Shown: positions 1-11,429 of the stretch, in pieces
How the letters are laid out: each line of letters starts with the position of its first letter
Position numbering within the stretch: the stretch's first letter is position 1
From: Callorhinchus milii
Taxonomy: Eukaryota
DNA length: 64,000 nt
Direction: 5' to 3'
NCBI RefSeq assembly: GCF_018977255.1
Contig: NW_024704742.1
Location: forward strand, 64,482,001 to 64,546,000
Notes under the pieces: model-generated
The model's database searches: none
Told to the model about the DNA's origin: nothing
What the model saw: only the letters and a program-made list of their open reading frames with translations
Made by a program: the position numbers and the translations under genes

Positions 1-265
1 AACGGTAATCATTTGAAACTTATTAAAGCTTATTTATGCAAAAGTAGCAAACACTGTTTTTGTCGTTATTGTGCTAGCAATTTGGTTTGACAAATAGTTT
101 TCAATTCCAACATAATATGTCTTTTGATTTGTTCTTTTAAATTGGAATATTACAAACTAACGATTGGAACCTGTTTTAACTAATACTAGGAGAAAGAAGA
201 AAGAAATTTAGGAAAACCATCTTCAGTTAAAGAAAAAGGAGATAATGGAAAATCTTCCAAAGATG
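1..265 (+). repeat. inverted duplicate of RGS12 8746-9010 (exon end, full intron, first 76 nt of next exon); continues off the left edge
   Basis: 1-265 is the reverse complement of 8746-9010 with no mismatch seen; identity stops abruptly after ...TCCAAAGATG. Confidence 0.97.
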
Positions 266-3081
266 AGAACAAGATTGCAAATAATTTCATTCAAGGAAAC
301 ATTATATTTTGCTTTGGTCAAGCGGATTATTTAATACATGTGAAAACACATCACTATGCTTAAGAGTATCCAAAGCAAACTACTTAAGAGTTCCAATGAA
401 ATTTGTCTAGAATGGTATGCGGATTCTCTCCTGAAGATGTGCACACTGCTCACCTAATCCCAGAAAACTATAGGCATGGGTTGGCAAGAGCCAACAACTT
501 TGTGAGTTTTCACGTGCATTTTCTTTCAAATATAATTTTTCAGAAAAGTTATCCAGTCCTCGACTGTAAAGTCCTTCAAGTGAAGAGCGCTCTATAAGTC
601 AAGTTGTTGTTGGTCCACCACATTACTATAGTCCCAGATGAAAGTCGATTTACCAAAGATGGTTATACTGTGTATTTGTAGTCGAATGGTGAATAGTACA
701 GATTGAACTTTAGGAATAATAGGCCAAAAGACTTCATACTGTGTTATGCATGTCTATGGTTCTATGATAAGAAGAGGTATAGGACTTGAATGAAGCATTA
801 TAGGCTATCTACTTGTCGAGCCAAACACCAGCGCGAGTCACTACCTTGAGAAGGATAGAAAAGTTGGGTCCAAAATAAAGGCATATAAATCAACTGTCAA
901 GCTAAAAATTATGGAAGCAAGCTCAAACATATATTATATATGGCAGTTATTTTAAAATACATTTCTAATTATATAAATCAATTAAGAAATCATGCAAAAT
1001 CAATTGTAATATCTCAATTCACATCATATCCTTAATAATATTCATTTCTAAATGAAAACTCAATCCTGCAATCTTGTAAATTTTAAATACATGATCAGGA
1101 AAACTATTTTGCAATGCTGAATGTAAAGGGCAGTTAAGGGAACATATTCAGTTTAACTTGCTTTTGCTGTCTAGCTATTGCTTCCTCATGATACAATACA
1201 AAATAATCCCTGAAGAAAAAAACCCAATAATAAATCGGTCACTTCAATCCACGACTGTTTGTGGGACATTGCTGTGTGCAATTGGCTGCCGCGTTTTGCC
1301 CACAAATATACAGTCAATTCACTTTACAGTATATTCTGTGAAGCGCTTTGGGACATCTAGAAGATGTGAAAAGCACTATATCAAATACAAGGATTATTGT
1401 GTTATAAAATACAACACAAAATTACATTTGTATAGATCCTTTCACGTCGGGAGGACGTCCTAAGGCGCTGGGACAGTAATACTCAAAGCACTGTTTGTAA
1501 ATTAGGTCATAAGTGAGGACTCTGATGTAGTACTGCTACCAATGTTACAACTTGATTTTCAGTCCCAATGGTCACAAGCGCAATAGATAAAATATTTATT
1601 TATATGCGCTGTATATGGTTCCCAGCTAATTGAATTCCCAGTGAATAGCAGCATAATAATCAGCAAACCAATCTCTGTTTTAGAGTTCTTTGTCAATCAT
1701 TAGATATTATTCTATTTTATTTATAATAGCATAAATAAAATATCCTTATTCCCAAAGTGTAATGATGATGGTGAATTGTATAAAAGGGAGTTGATTATAG
1801 AGAGGTAATTAGAACAAGAAGCTAGTAAAATTAAAATAATTTAAGTGTTAAACAATAAAGTTTGAGAAAAGATACAGTCTCTTTAGAGACTTTAATACAA
1901 AAAATGGAAAGATAGCAATACATTTGTGAAAACATCTACAACAGGTATCTACGAAGTACAGATAAATCATAAGAAAGCAAAAAAAAGTTTTTAATTCTAG
2001 GATGAATCATGGCAGTAAAACAATCTAAATTAGTGTACAGAATTATACAAACAAGATAGTAAAATTTACAAATAGCCAAGAACAATGCTTTTAATCAAAA
2101 AAGTAATGATTTCTTGGGTTAAATTTCATGCAACAAACTTTTCATAGAGGATTTTCCAGTTATAATTATTTGCTGAAAACAGAACAAACATCTGGTAACC
2201 TGATATCACATCCCCTTCAGGGATAATGTTGCAATTAATTTTTGACAGCCAGGTTACAAAATGAACATTGTTCAATGTAAGCCTGTTGGTTTTCAATTAT
2301 TGTTTAATTATAAAATTATAATTTGTTAAAAATTTTCTCAAAGAGCCTACTAACATTCATGAAAAGTAAAATACTAAATGAAGGCACTTAGAGTATAGGC
2401 AATTGCTTCAATCATCTAGCTCTTCAAAAGTATCTTTGGTCTCAAACCTATCATCAAAGTATTAGTTATCATTTACATTACATGAACTTAAATCATTCTG
2501 CAATTAAATTTGCGCAATGCTGCATGATATAAAAACAAATATTTCAACTGAGTTTAAACTAAAACTTCAGTACCACCTAAAATGTGCACTCTGACAATGA
2601 GATGATCAGGGAGATTAGAATGAGTTACTGTTGTTTGTCAAACAATGTAAAAACTGATTTGTGAAAAAGTGTTAATCATATTTAAAAATTATGTGTGGTC
2701 CTTGGATCTGTCTTGTGATAATTTCTCAATCACCAGTGCAGTGACATAATGTTTAATAAAACATTGCAGGAATTATTCTAGAAAGTGCAACGGGCCCAAC
2801 AAAATATCCTCAAACACAGTTAAAATTAATTACATAAAAATAATTTGTATGATACACATTGAAGTTCACCTTTTCTAGTGTCCCAATCCAGAGTTTTTTG
2901 TATTCTCTACAGTACTATGAACAGTTAGATACTGCAGAAAACATATGTGAACTGATAAATTAGTGCATTATGTATGCTTTGCAAGTCCTTTTCCAGTTTT
3001 AAAAATATTACTTTCAATACAATCAACAACACATTTAAAAATTGTTATGAATTATCCAGTCAACAAATGGACACACCCAAT

Positions 3082-3770
3082 TTAAATACCTGAAGCGGAT
3101 CTGTGGTGTGAAGAGTTCTTCTGATCATCAGAGCAGGGGGTTGGTGGAGTATAGTTAGCTACATCCAGTTTACTGATACTGGATGATGGTGTTAGTGAGG
3201 GAGGTAACAATGTACTGTTGGGGCTACTGATATCACCTTCTGCCACTAGAGTCAGATCAGATACATTCTCATCTTCACAAGGCTGTATTATTTCAGACTG
3301 CCTATCTCCAGAATGTCCTTCCCACCTCTGGTCATTCACATGTAGAATTGGAGAGACTGGTGCATGAAAGGGGACATCATGTAACTGCTGAATATCTGGT
3401 TTTACAAGATGGGATGGCACTGAAACAGGCCAATGCCGGCTGTCTTGTTGATGCATTGGCTTGCCTTTTAGATTGTTGGGATTTTCATTAAAATTCAGCG
3501 TAGACGGATTAGTTGGGCTGGAGTCTATAAACTCTAATTTATCAGACTGTTGTGCTGAGATGAAAGCTTTGTTCACAGAAGTATCTGTTTGGCTTTTGTC
3601 CTCACGTTTCTTGCCATTCACTTTATTTGCTACAGGTGTGGAGGAGCTAGGCTCAGGCATGGGAACCTTGAGGCGTAGAAAATCTGGTAGAACGAGGTCT
3701 TCTTTCTTCAAAAGTCCACGTTGATCATCGACCCGATTGCGTTGAGCTTTTGTCAAAAGATTAAATAACT
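3082..3770 (-). CDS. RGS12: RGS12 GoLoco exon (ELFNLLTKAQRNRVDDQRGLLKKEDLVLPDFLRL...EGDISSPNSTLLPP...)
   Basis: ttttggcag acceptor; GoLoco DQR triad; GDISSPNSTLLPP is RGS12-specific; ends at TAA 3082-3084 or splices out at the CAG|gtattt donor at 3090. Confidence 0.96.
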
Positions 3771-5547
3771 CTGCCAAAATGAAAATATCAATCCGGAAAT
3801 TAATACATCAGAGAAAAGCAAATGTAAGTTCTTAAGAAAAAATAAAACAACTCTCCTACCATAATAGTAAATCAACTCTTCGTTGGGTTTTGTTATCTGT
3901 CAAACATGGAAAAACTTCAATACGGGACTCTAACATGACTATAATTGCCTAAGAAGGCGAAATTCAGCCATCATTTGCATTTCCGAATAATATCCAGTGA
4001 AAAATATTGAACAGTGTGTAAATACCCATTGATAAGGATCAGGCTCAGCGGTCATGTACCAACAGTCGAACAGCAATCTAACACTAACTATGTGGATAGG
4101 GCATTTTGGGTGAGGTGCTTGAAGATGGTCAGTGCCAGTGGAACTGGACTTCAGCATGAGTCAGTACTTTCAGGATGTGGAAGGAGAAAATTGGAGCAAT
4201 CCAAAAAAAAAACAGGATAGAAAGATAGTCAGGCCAAAAACAATAGGGGGAAAGAAAGGAGACAATTAAGTTGAATGGAAAGAGAAGGAAACATTACAGG
4301 TTTTAATAGGGCATAAGTCATAGTGTAGCAAGAGAGTTTTGTAATATGGTTATTTCACTTTAAACATCTTTCACACAACCCTACGTATTTCTCCCACTAA
4401 TTTTCTCTTTTTCCTCAACAGTTAGGGGAATAGATAGCATCCTCTGTAGCCAAGAACGAGAGTCCTAAGGGTGTGTTGCCTACCTGGTGCCAGGGTAAGT
4501 GATATCTCGAGGCAGCTGGAGAGGAATTTGGAAAGGGAGGGGGCAGATCCAGTTGTGGTTCATGTTGGGACAAACGACATAGGTAAGAACAGGGAGGAGG
4601 TGCTGCAGAGGGAGTTTCAGGAGTTAGGAGCTAAGTTAAAAGATAGGACCTCAAGGGTAATAATCTCTGGATTATTACCTGAGCCACATGCAAATTGGAG
4701 TAGGGGAAGACAGATTAGGAAAGTTAACACATGGCTAAAGAATTGTTGTGGGAAAGAAGGGTTCCATTTCATGGGACACTGGCACCAGTACTGGGACAGG
4801 AAGGAGATGTACCGATGGGATGGGCTCCACATGAATCAGAATGGGACCAGTGTCCTAGGGAAAGGGTAAATAGGGCTGTGGCAAAGGCTTTAAACTAGTA
4901 AAATCGGGGGAGAGATCAGAAAGAAATGTCATAAACCCAAATATAAAGGAAACACGAGATGAGAGTATAGGTGAGACAAAACTAAGGAATAAGGAGAACA
5001 TAAATGGTCAGAGAATTAAAAATAAAGTGAGAGGAACAACTAATAAAAATGATTTGAACTGTCTTTACAGCAATGTACACAGCATCCGAAACAAAAAAGA
5101 ACTGGGGGCAATAATTCGTAGTGAAGAACCAGATATAGTAGGGATTACTGAAACATGGCTACGGAAAGTACAGGACTGGAAATTAAACATTGCAGTGTAT
5201 AACATATTTAGAAAGGATAGAGACAGGAGAAAGAGCTGTAGAGTAGCTGTACTTATTAGGGACAACATCATGGCAGTAGAAACAAGGGACATAGCCATTA
5301 GTAAGATAGAAACAGAATTTGTGTGGATAGACATAAAAGATGAGAAGGGATCAATCACACAAATACGGGTACTCTACAGACCACCTAATAGTGGAAGGGA
5401 GGTAGAGGAAAAAATATGCAAGCAAATTAGGGAAATGAGTAACAGACATACTGTAATAATCATTGGGGATTTCAACCACCCCCAAATAAATTGGCTTGAA
5501 GAGGTAGGTAAAGGGGATAAGGGAATGGAATTCCTTCAATGTGTACA

Positions 5548-5879
5548 GGACTCCTGTAGCTCAGTGGTTAGAGCATTCGCTTTGTAAGCGAGAGACCTGA
5601 GTTCAATTCCAGGCAGTTCAGGGCGAAACCTTGGGCAAGTTTCCTTTCTCCACACAGAGCCTAATAATAATCCCTCCAAAAAACAAAAACAATAATAAAT
5701 TGGTCATTTTCAATCTACGACTGTTTGTGGGACATTGCTGTGCGCAATTGGTTGCCGCATTCGCCCACAAATATACAGTCAATTCACTTTACAGTATATT
5801 CTGTGAAGCGCTTTGGGACCTCCTCCCGACGTGAAAAGTGCTGTATCAAATGCAAGGATTATTATTATTATTATTATTA
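5548..5879 (+). mobile_element. tRNA-derived SINE with Deu-like core and L2-type tail, nested in CR1
   Basis: A box (TAGCTCAGTGG), B box (GTTCAATTCC), ctgtttgtgggacattgctgtgcgcaattgg core, (TTA)n tail; near-identical copies elsewhere in the window. Confidence 0.9.
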
Positions 5880-7229
5880 CCCAGAGGCCCAACAAGGGAG
5901 GAATCACTGCTGGATGTAGTAATGGGAAATGAACCCAAGCAGATAAGAGAAGTAAGAGTAGGGGAACATCTAGGCAATAGCGATTATAACTTAATAAGGT
6001 TTAAGATAAAGATTGAGTATGACAAAGACCAGGGTAATAGATTGGAAAAAAAGCTGATTTTGAGGGGATGAAAATGGAACTTGGGAAAGTAAACTGGAAA
6101 ACAATATTGGCAAACAAAGAGATAGAGCAGCAGTGGGAAACATTTAATATGGTGATCGATAAGATTCCAGGAGAAATATATTCCGCTAAAAAACAAGATA
6201 AAGCTAAACAATAGTGAAACGCCGTGGATGAATAAAGACATAAGAGCAAAGTTGAGACTGAGGAAAGAGGCGTTCACTGAGTACATAAACAACAAGGGAG
6301 ATCATGACAAAAAAGAATACGAAGAGGTTAGTCAAAACAACAATTAGGAAGGCAAAGAGGAACTATGAAACTAAATTATCAAGGAATATAAAAGACATAG
6401 TAAAATATTCTACAGACATAAATAACAAAAGAAAAATCAAAATAAGAATAAGGCCACTAAGGGATGGACAAGATAAGTTCACAGACAGCGACAGCAAAAT
6501 GGCAGAGATATTGAACAATTACTTTGCCTCAGTTTTTAACAGGAAGATGGATCAGGTGGATATGACAGTAAAAAAAATCAAAAATTATATAAATACATTT
6601 AAGATAAAAAGGGGGCGATAACCAATAAACTAACCAAACTCAGAGAGGATAAAACCCCTGGTCCGGATGGATTGCATCCGCGTTCATTAAAGGGATAGCA
6701 GAGACACTATTACATATATATAATTCATCAGAAAAGGGAGTAGTGCCAGAGGACTGGGGGATAGCTAATGTTATACCTATATTTAAAAAGGGAGATAGAA
6801 CAAGCCCAAGGAACTATATATCTGTCAGCTTAAAAGTGGTGGCAGGAAAGATAATGGAATCTTTACTGAAAAGGGTAATAGAAAACTTCTAGAAACCGAA
6901 AATATAATACAGCAACAAAATTACATTTGTAAAGTGCATTTCACGTCACGAGGACGTCCAAAGGCCCTGAAGAATAGTCTGCAACAAATAATAAAAACTG
7001 CAACAAATAATAAAGAAGTCAGTATGGATTTCAAAAAGGAAGGTCATGCTTGACCAATCTCATTGAATTCTTTGAAGAGGCAACAGAAAGAATACACAAG
7101 GGTAATGCAGTAGGTGTAATATATTTGGATTTCCAAAACACATTCGATAAGATACCACATAATAGACTAACGAATAAGGTCAGAGCATGTGGAGTCAGCC
7201 ATTCTTATTTATTATTTATTTATTATTCT

Positions 7230-7484
7230 TCATTAGCTTTCAGCCACTCTGCCCCCAACCTCTGGGATTCCATCCCCCCAATCACTCCGCCTCACCCCTT
7301 CTTAGCCTCCTTCAAGTCCCGCCTCAAAACCCTCCTCTTCGAGCATGCCCTCGGTCACCCCCACTTCCCCTTCCCTCCCTTCCCCCTCCCTGACCCCAGC
7401 TCGGGTTTGAAAAGCTGATCATTTCTTTTTGAAATGCTGTATGACGTGAAAGGCGCTATACAAATGTAATCTTGTTGTTGTTGT
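7230..7484 (+). mobile_element. L2 LINE 3' fragment nested in CR1
   Basis: AFSHSAPNLW...FKSRLKTLLF C-terminal motif and (TTG)n tail. Confidence 0.8.
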
Positions 7485-8664
7485 CAGGCGAAAAGTAGCA
7501 GAATGGATAACAAGCTTGGCTACAAGATAGAAAACAGAGACTAGGGGTAAGGGGTAGCTAAGCTACTCAGACTGGCAGAGGGTGGGAAGTATTGTTCCAC
7601 AAGGATCGGTATTAGGATCACTGTTCTTCACAATTTACATTAATGATTTAGACTCGGGGATTGAAAGTACAATTTAAAAAATTGCGGATGACACCAAATT
7701 GGGGGGAGTAGTTAATATTGAGGAGGACTGCAACAAATTACAAGACATTCATAAACTTGCTGAATGGGCATTTAATTGGCAAATGAATTTCAATATAGAT
7801 AAGTGTGAGGTGGTACATTTTGGTAGGAGGACTAAGGAGGTCACATACTGCATGGAAAATAAGAATCTAAATGGGGTAGAGGTGAAAAAACATCTAGGGG
7901 TAGACACACAAATCACTAAAAGTAGCTATGCAGGTTACTAAGACCATAAAAAAAGCAAACCAAGCATTGGGATTCATTTCTAGAGGGATAGAAATAAAAA
8001 GCAGGGAAGTTATGCTAAACTTATATCGAACATTGGTTAGACACACGGAGTACTGTGTACAGTTCTGGTCCCCATATTATAGAAAAGATATAGAGACACT
8101 GCAGAAGGTGCAAAGGAGATTTACAAGGATGATACCAGAACTGCAAGGTTATACCTATCAGGAAAGGCTGAACAAGCTTGGACTCTTTTTTTCTTGAAAA
8201 GAGAAGGTATTATAGGATAGACATGGAGAAGATGTTTCCACTTGTGGGGAGACCAAAACCAGGGGCCATAGATATAAAATAGTCACCAATAAATCAATCA
8301 GGGAAGTCAGAAGAAACTTCTTTACCCAGAAAGTGGTGGGAATGTGAAACTCGTTACCACAAGGAGTAGTTTAGGCGAATAGCATAGATGCATTTAAGAG
8401 GAAGCTAGATAAGTACATGAGAGAGAAAGGAATAGAAGGTTCTGCTGATAGGCTTAGTTGAGGATGGGCAAGAGGAGGCTCATGTGGAGCATAAATGCCA
8501 ACATAGACCAGTTGGGCCAAATGCCCTGTTTCTGTGCTGTATATTCTATGTAATTCTATGTCTGTATTGCTTCATGGCAGACTGGGTTAAAACACTTCCT
8601 TCCACTGAATTGGTACTATTCATTAAGTTACTGTGCTAGCCAGTTATTTTGTAGCTTAATATAC

Positions 8665-8821
8665 CTTCTACTTCATTCAATTTCAGTTTGGGCTGTTTCT
8701 TCTTTTCTGTCCTTTCAATTAAATCTTCTTTCTTCAAACTTCTTCCATCTTTGGAAGATTTTCCATTATCTCCTTTTTCTTTAACTGAAGATGGTTTTCC
8801 TAAATTTCTTTCTTCTTTCTC
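8665..8821 (-). CDS. RGS12: RGS12 exon (EKEERNLGKPSSVKEKGDNGK...KKKQPKLKLNEVE)
   Basis: 157 nt, atactag acceptor, gtatat donor, phase 0 to 1. Confidence 0.92.
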
Positions 8822-9006
8822 CTAGTATTAGTTAAAACAGGTTCCAATCGTTAGTTTGTAATATTCCAATTTAAAAGAACAAATCAAAAGACATATTATG
8901 TTGGAATTGAAAACTATTTGTCAAACCAAATTGCTAGCACAATAACGACAAAAACAGTGTTTGCTACTTTTGCATAAATAAGCTTTAATAAGTTTCAAAT
9001 GATTAC

Positions 9007-9074
9007 CGTTACATCATGATTTCTTGTGCCCAAAGTGGATGGACCTGGTTTCACTCCTCCACTCTTCTGTTTAT
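9007..9074 (-). CDS. RGS12: RGS12 exon (DKQKSGGVKPGPSTLGTRNHDVT)
   Basis: 68 nt, tttacag acceptor, gtaatc donor, phase 1 to 0; DKQK...RNH motifs shared with RGS12. Confidence 0.9.
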
Positions 9075-9361
9075 CTGTAAATAAACATTGTAATGGATGA
9101 TACTCTATTACAATAGCTCTACAACTCTAAAGAACCATTACTAATGACTGATCTTAAAATAAACATATGAATAATACAGTGACTCTTAAGCAGCTTTTAA
9201 ATTGAAATTTGGATGACAAACATTCAAAATTTGGCATGAATTTTAAGAGGAATGAAAATTCCACAAAAGAAATTGGGGATTCTGATGCATTTTTTGCAAT
9301 TATTTTTGTTTAAAGGGAAATGAGACAAACATCTGAAAAGGAAAAATATAAAATAATAGGG

Positions 9362-9797
9362 GGATAAGGCAGGGGAATGGGCCTAAATAGTCCCAATGTT
9401 AGAAAGAACCAACATAGGTATGATGGGCCAAATGGCCTAATTCTGTGCTGAAAATACTGAAGGATGCTAATTGGGTGGAAATTGTCTAAACTCATTTCAT
9501 GAGTCAAGACAGAGAGTGTCCTACTCAAAGAGTTGACAGAGTAAACTTTCAATTCATCTATCTGGGCTTGAGCTAAAACTCAGTTATCAGACTGTGTCAT
9601 CCACTTAACAAATATTTTAGTGCATGGACCAGTTTATTTTCATGTAACACAATCTCACACCCAAGGCTCCTGCTAAAAATGTCTTAGAATCTAACTCAAT
9701 AGTTCTTAAGAACATAAGAAATGCTGAACAAAAAAAGACAAAGGGCCTTCTGGTTCGCCTTCCACCTTCCTTGGCGATCGCAAGCACATATGTCCTG
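9362..9797 (+). repeat. direct duplication, copy A (copy B at 13752-14570)
   Basis: colinear similarity with long exact runs such as catctatctgggcttgagctaaaactcagttatcagactgtgtca. Confidence 0.9.
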
Positions 9798-10075
9798 AAC
9801 TACCTATGTACTATATCCAAAAAAATTGTTGGTCAGAAAGATGCCTGACACATATAATCATGCTTAAGAGTACCAAACCTAGGAGAGTTCCTTGCATCCC
9901 AGCTACACATGGAAATTCCTGGGTATTGGAATGGAATGTTCACTCTTTCCCTGGAGGGATTCCCTAATTCCAGAGATTGTTAGTAGGTGCAGGTTGGCAC
10001 GAATCCTCACTCTACACTTGTACTCACTGAAAAAATCATCACCTCCAGCTATAAAATGAACTACATCTTGCTTAC

Positions 10076-10172
10076 CTTTTCCTGCACTATGCTCTGCAAC
10101 ATCCAGAACAACACGCATTCCATCAAGATTAGAGATAGGAATGCCAAGATCTAAAACTTCATCTTCTCCATT
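10076..10172 (-). CDS. RGS12: RGS12 exon, end of RBD2 (NGEDEVLDLGIPISNLDGMRVVLDVAEHSAGK)
   Basis: 97 nt, ttctatag acceptor, gtaagc donor. Confidence 0.95.
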
Positions 10173-10542
10173 CTATAGAATAAAAATAAGGAATAAACTT
10201 AATTTCTCATCTTAATTACAAGTAAAAAATAAAGAATTAGCATTACACAGAACTGTAGGACATAAACCAAGTATAAAAAAAGGAAATATGGTCCATGTAT
10301 CTCTCCCCATCACCCAGGTGAATCCTTAAGATATTCAGATCATTGTTACCTTCTTCTATCTTTATTTTTTGAATGGTAAAACTTCCTACACCCTGACCCA
10401 AAAATGCATCTTAAACCCACCCTTAGGAAATTCTACCAACATAAGAATTTGCTAGGCGAAAGAAGATCAAGGACTTCTTTTGCAAACCCAATTTGCCTTC
10501 TATCTTTCTGGCAGTCGCATGACATATCATGCCCCAAACTGT

Positions 10543-10866
10543 GGAGTTCCTGTAGCTCAGTGGTTAGAGCACTCGCTTTGCAAGTGAGAGACTTGAATTC
10601 AATTCCAGGCAGGTCAGGGCGAAACCTTGGGCAAGTTTCCTTACTCCACACACCTAATAATAATCCCTCCAAAAAACAAAACAATAATAAATTGGTCATT
10701 TTCAATCCATGACTGTTTGTGGGACACTGCTGTGCGCAATTGGCTGCCACGTTCGCCCACAAATATACAGTCAATTCACTTTACAGTATATTCTGTGAAG
10801 CGCTTTGGGACGTCTAGAAGACGTGAAAAGCACTATATCAAATGCAAGGATTATTATTTTATTATT
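10543..10866 (+). mobile_element. tRNA-derived Deu-type SINE
   Basis: same family as 5548-5879, full length. Confidence 0.9.
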
Positions 10867-11429
10867 TTACAAGAACATAAGGCTACCTTATGCTACCTAA
10901 CAATTGAAATAGCAGCATGCTACCTAACAATTGAAATGAGATCATCACATTCATCCTTGCCAGGCTTTATTAGTTTCCTATTCCCATAGTGTGGGAAGGG
11001 ACATGAGCTGCAGAGTCTGAATAATCCACAGTTTGTGGAGGGAAGAGTTGGGAAGTCCGGCAAGCAGGGAGTTAGTATAATCAAGCCTGGACATAATAAA
11101 ATTAGGGAGGAGGGTTTGTTTCAGCAGCTTGAGGGGAGATGGGACCTCGGTTTGAACATCTCATCCAAAGGTTGGCACCCCTGACAATGAAACACAACCT
11201 CAGCACTGCATTGGAGTGTCAGATTAGACCAGGGGTCTCCAACTGGTTGATTGCCACTAGGGTGTCTCTCGCATGATCAATAAAAATAAAAGGAGCAATA
11301 TTTACCACAGTTTAAACATTAAGTATTTTGCAAGTGAGAGACCTGAGTTCAATTCCAGGCAGAGGGCGAAACCTTGGGCAAGTTTCCTTACTCCACACAG
11401 AGCCTAATAATAATCCCTCAAAAACAAAG

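Larger units (their letters stand above)
4420..8560 (+). mobile_element. CR1-clade LINE, near full length, degraded (ORF1 SGNH esterase, ORF2 APE + RT, 3' tail)
   Basis: VVVHVGTND and DGLH esterase motifs (4471-4869); VGITETW, YRPP, GDFN endonuclease motifs; YLDFQ, ADDTK and [11 protein letters not shown]-region motifs; ttctatgtaattctatg tail; many frameshifts; nested SINE/L2 inserts. Confidence 0.92.

Noticed and set aside
1158..1463. ORFs sharing the TNIQSIHFTVYSVKRF peptide (also 5725, 10627, 15193, 29382)
   Set aside because: Chance translations of the same SINE, not a gene family
5548..5625. tRNA genes at SINE heads (also 10543, 15536, 20086, 29244, 48467)
   Set aside because: A/B boxes are present, but each continues into the same SINE body and tail
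10028..10048. Separate 21-nt micro-exon (ttttatag|CTGGAGG...TTCA|gtgagt)
   Set aside because: The upstream intron would be only 27 nt; better read as an alternative donor
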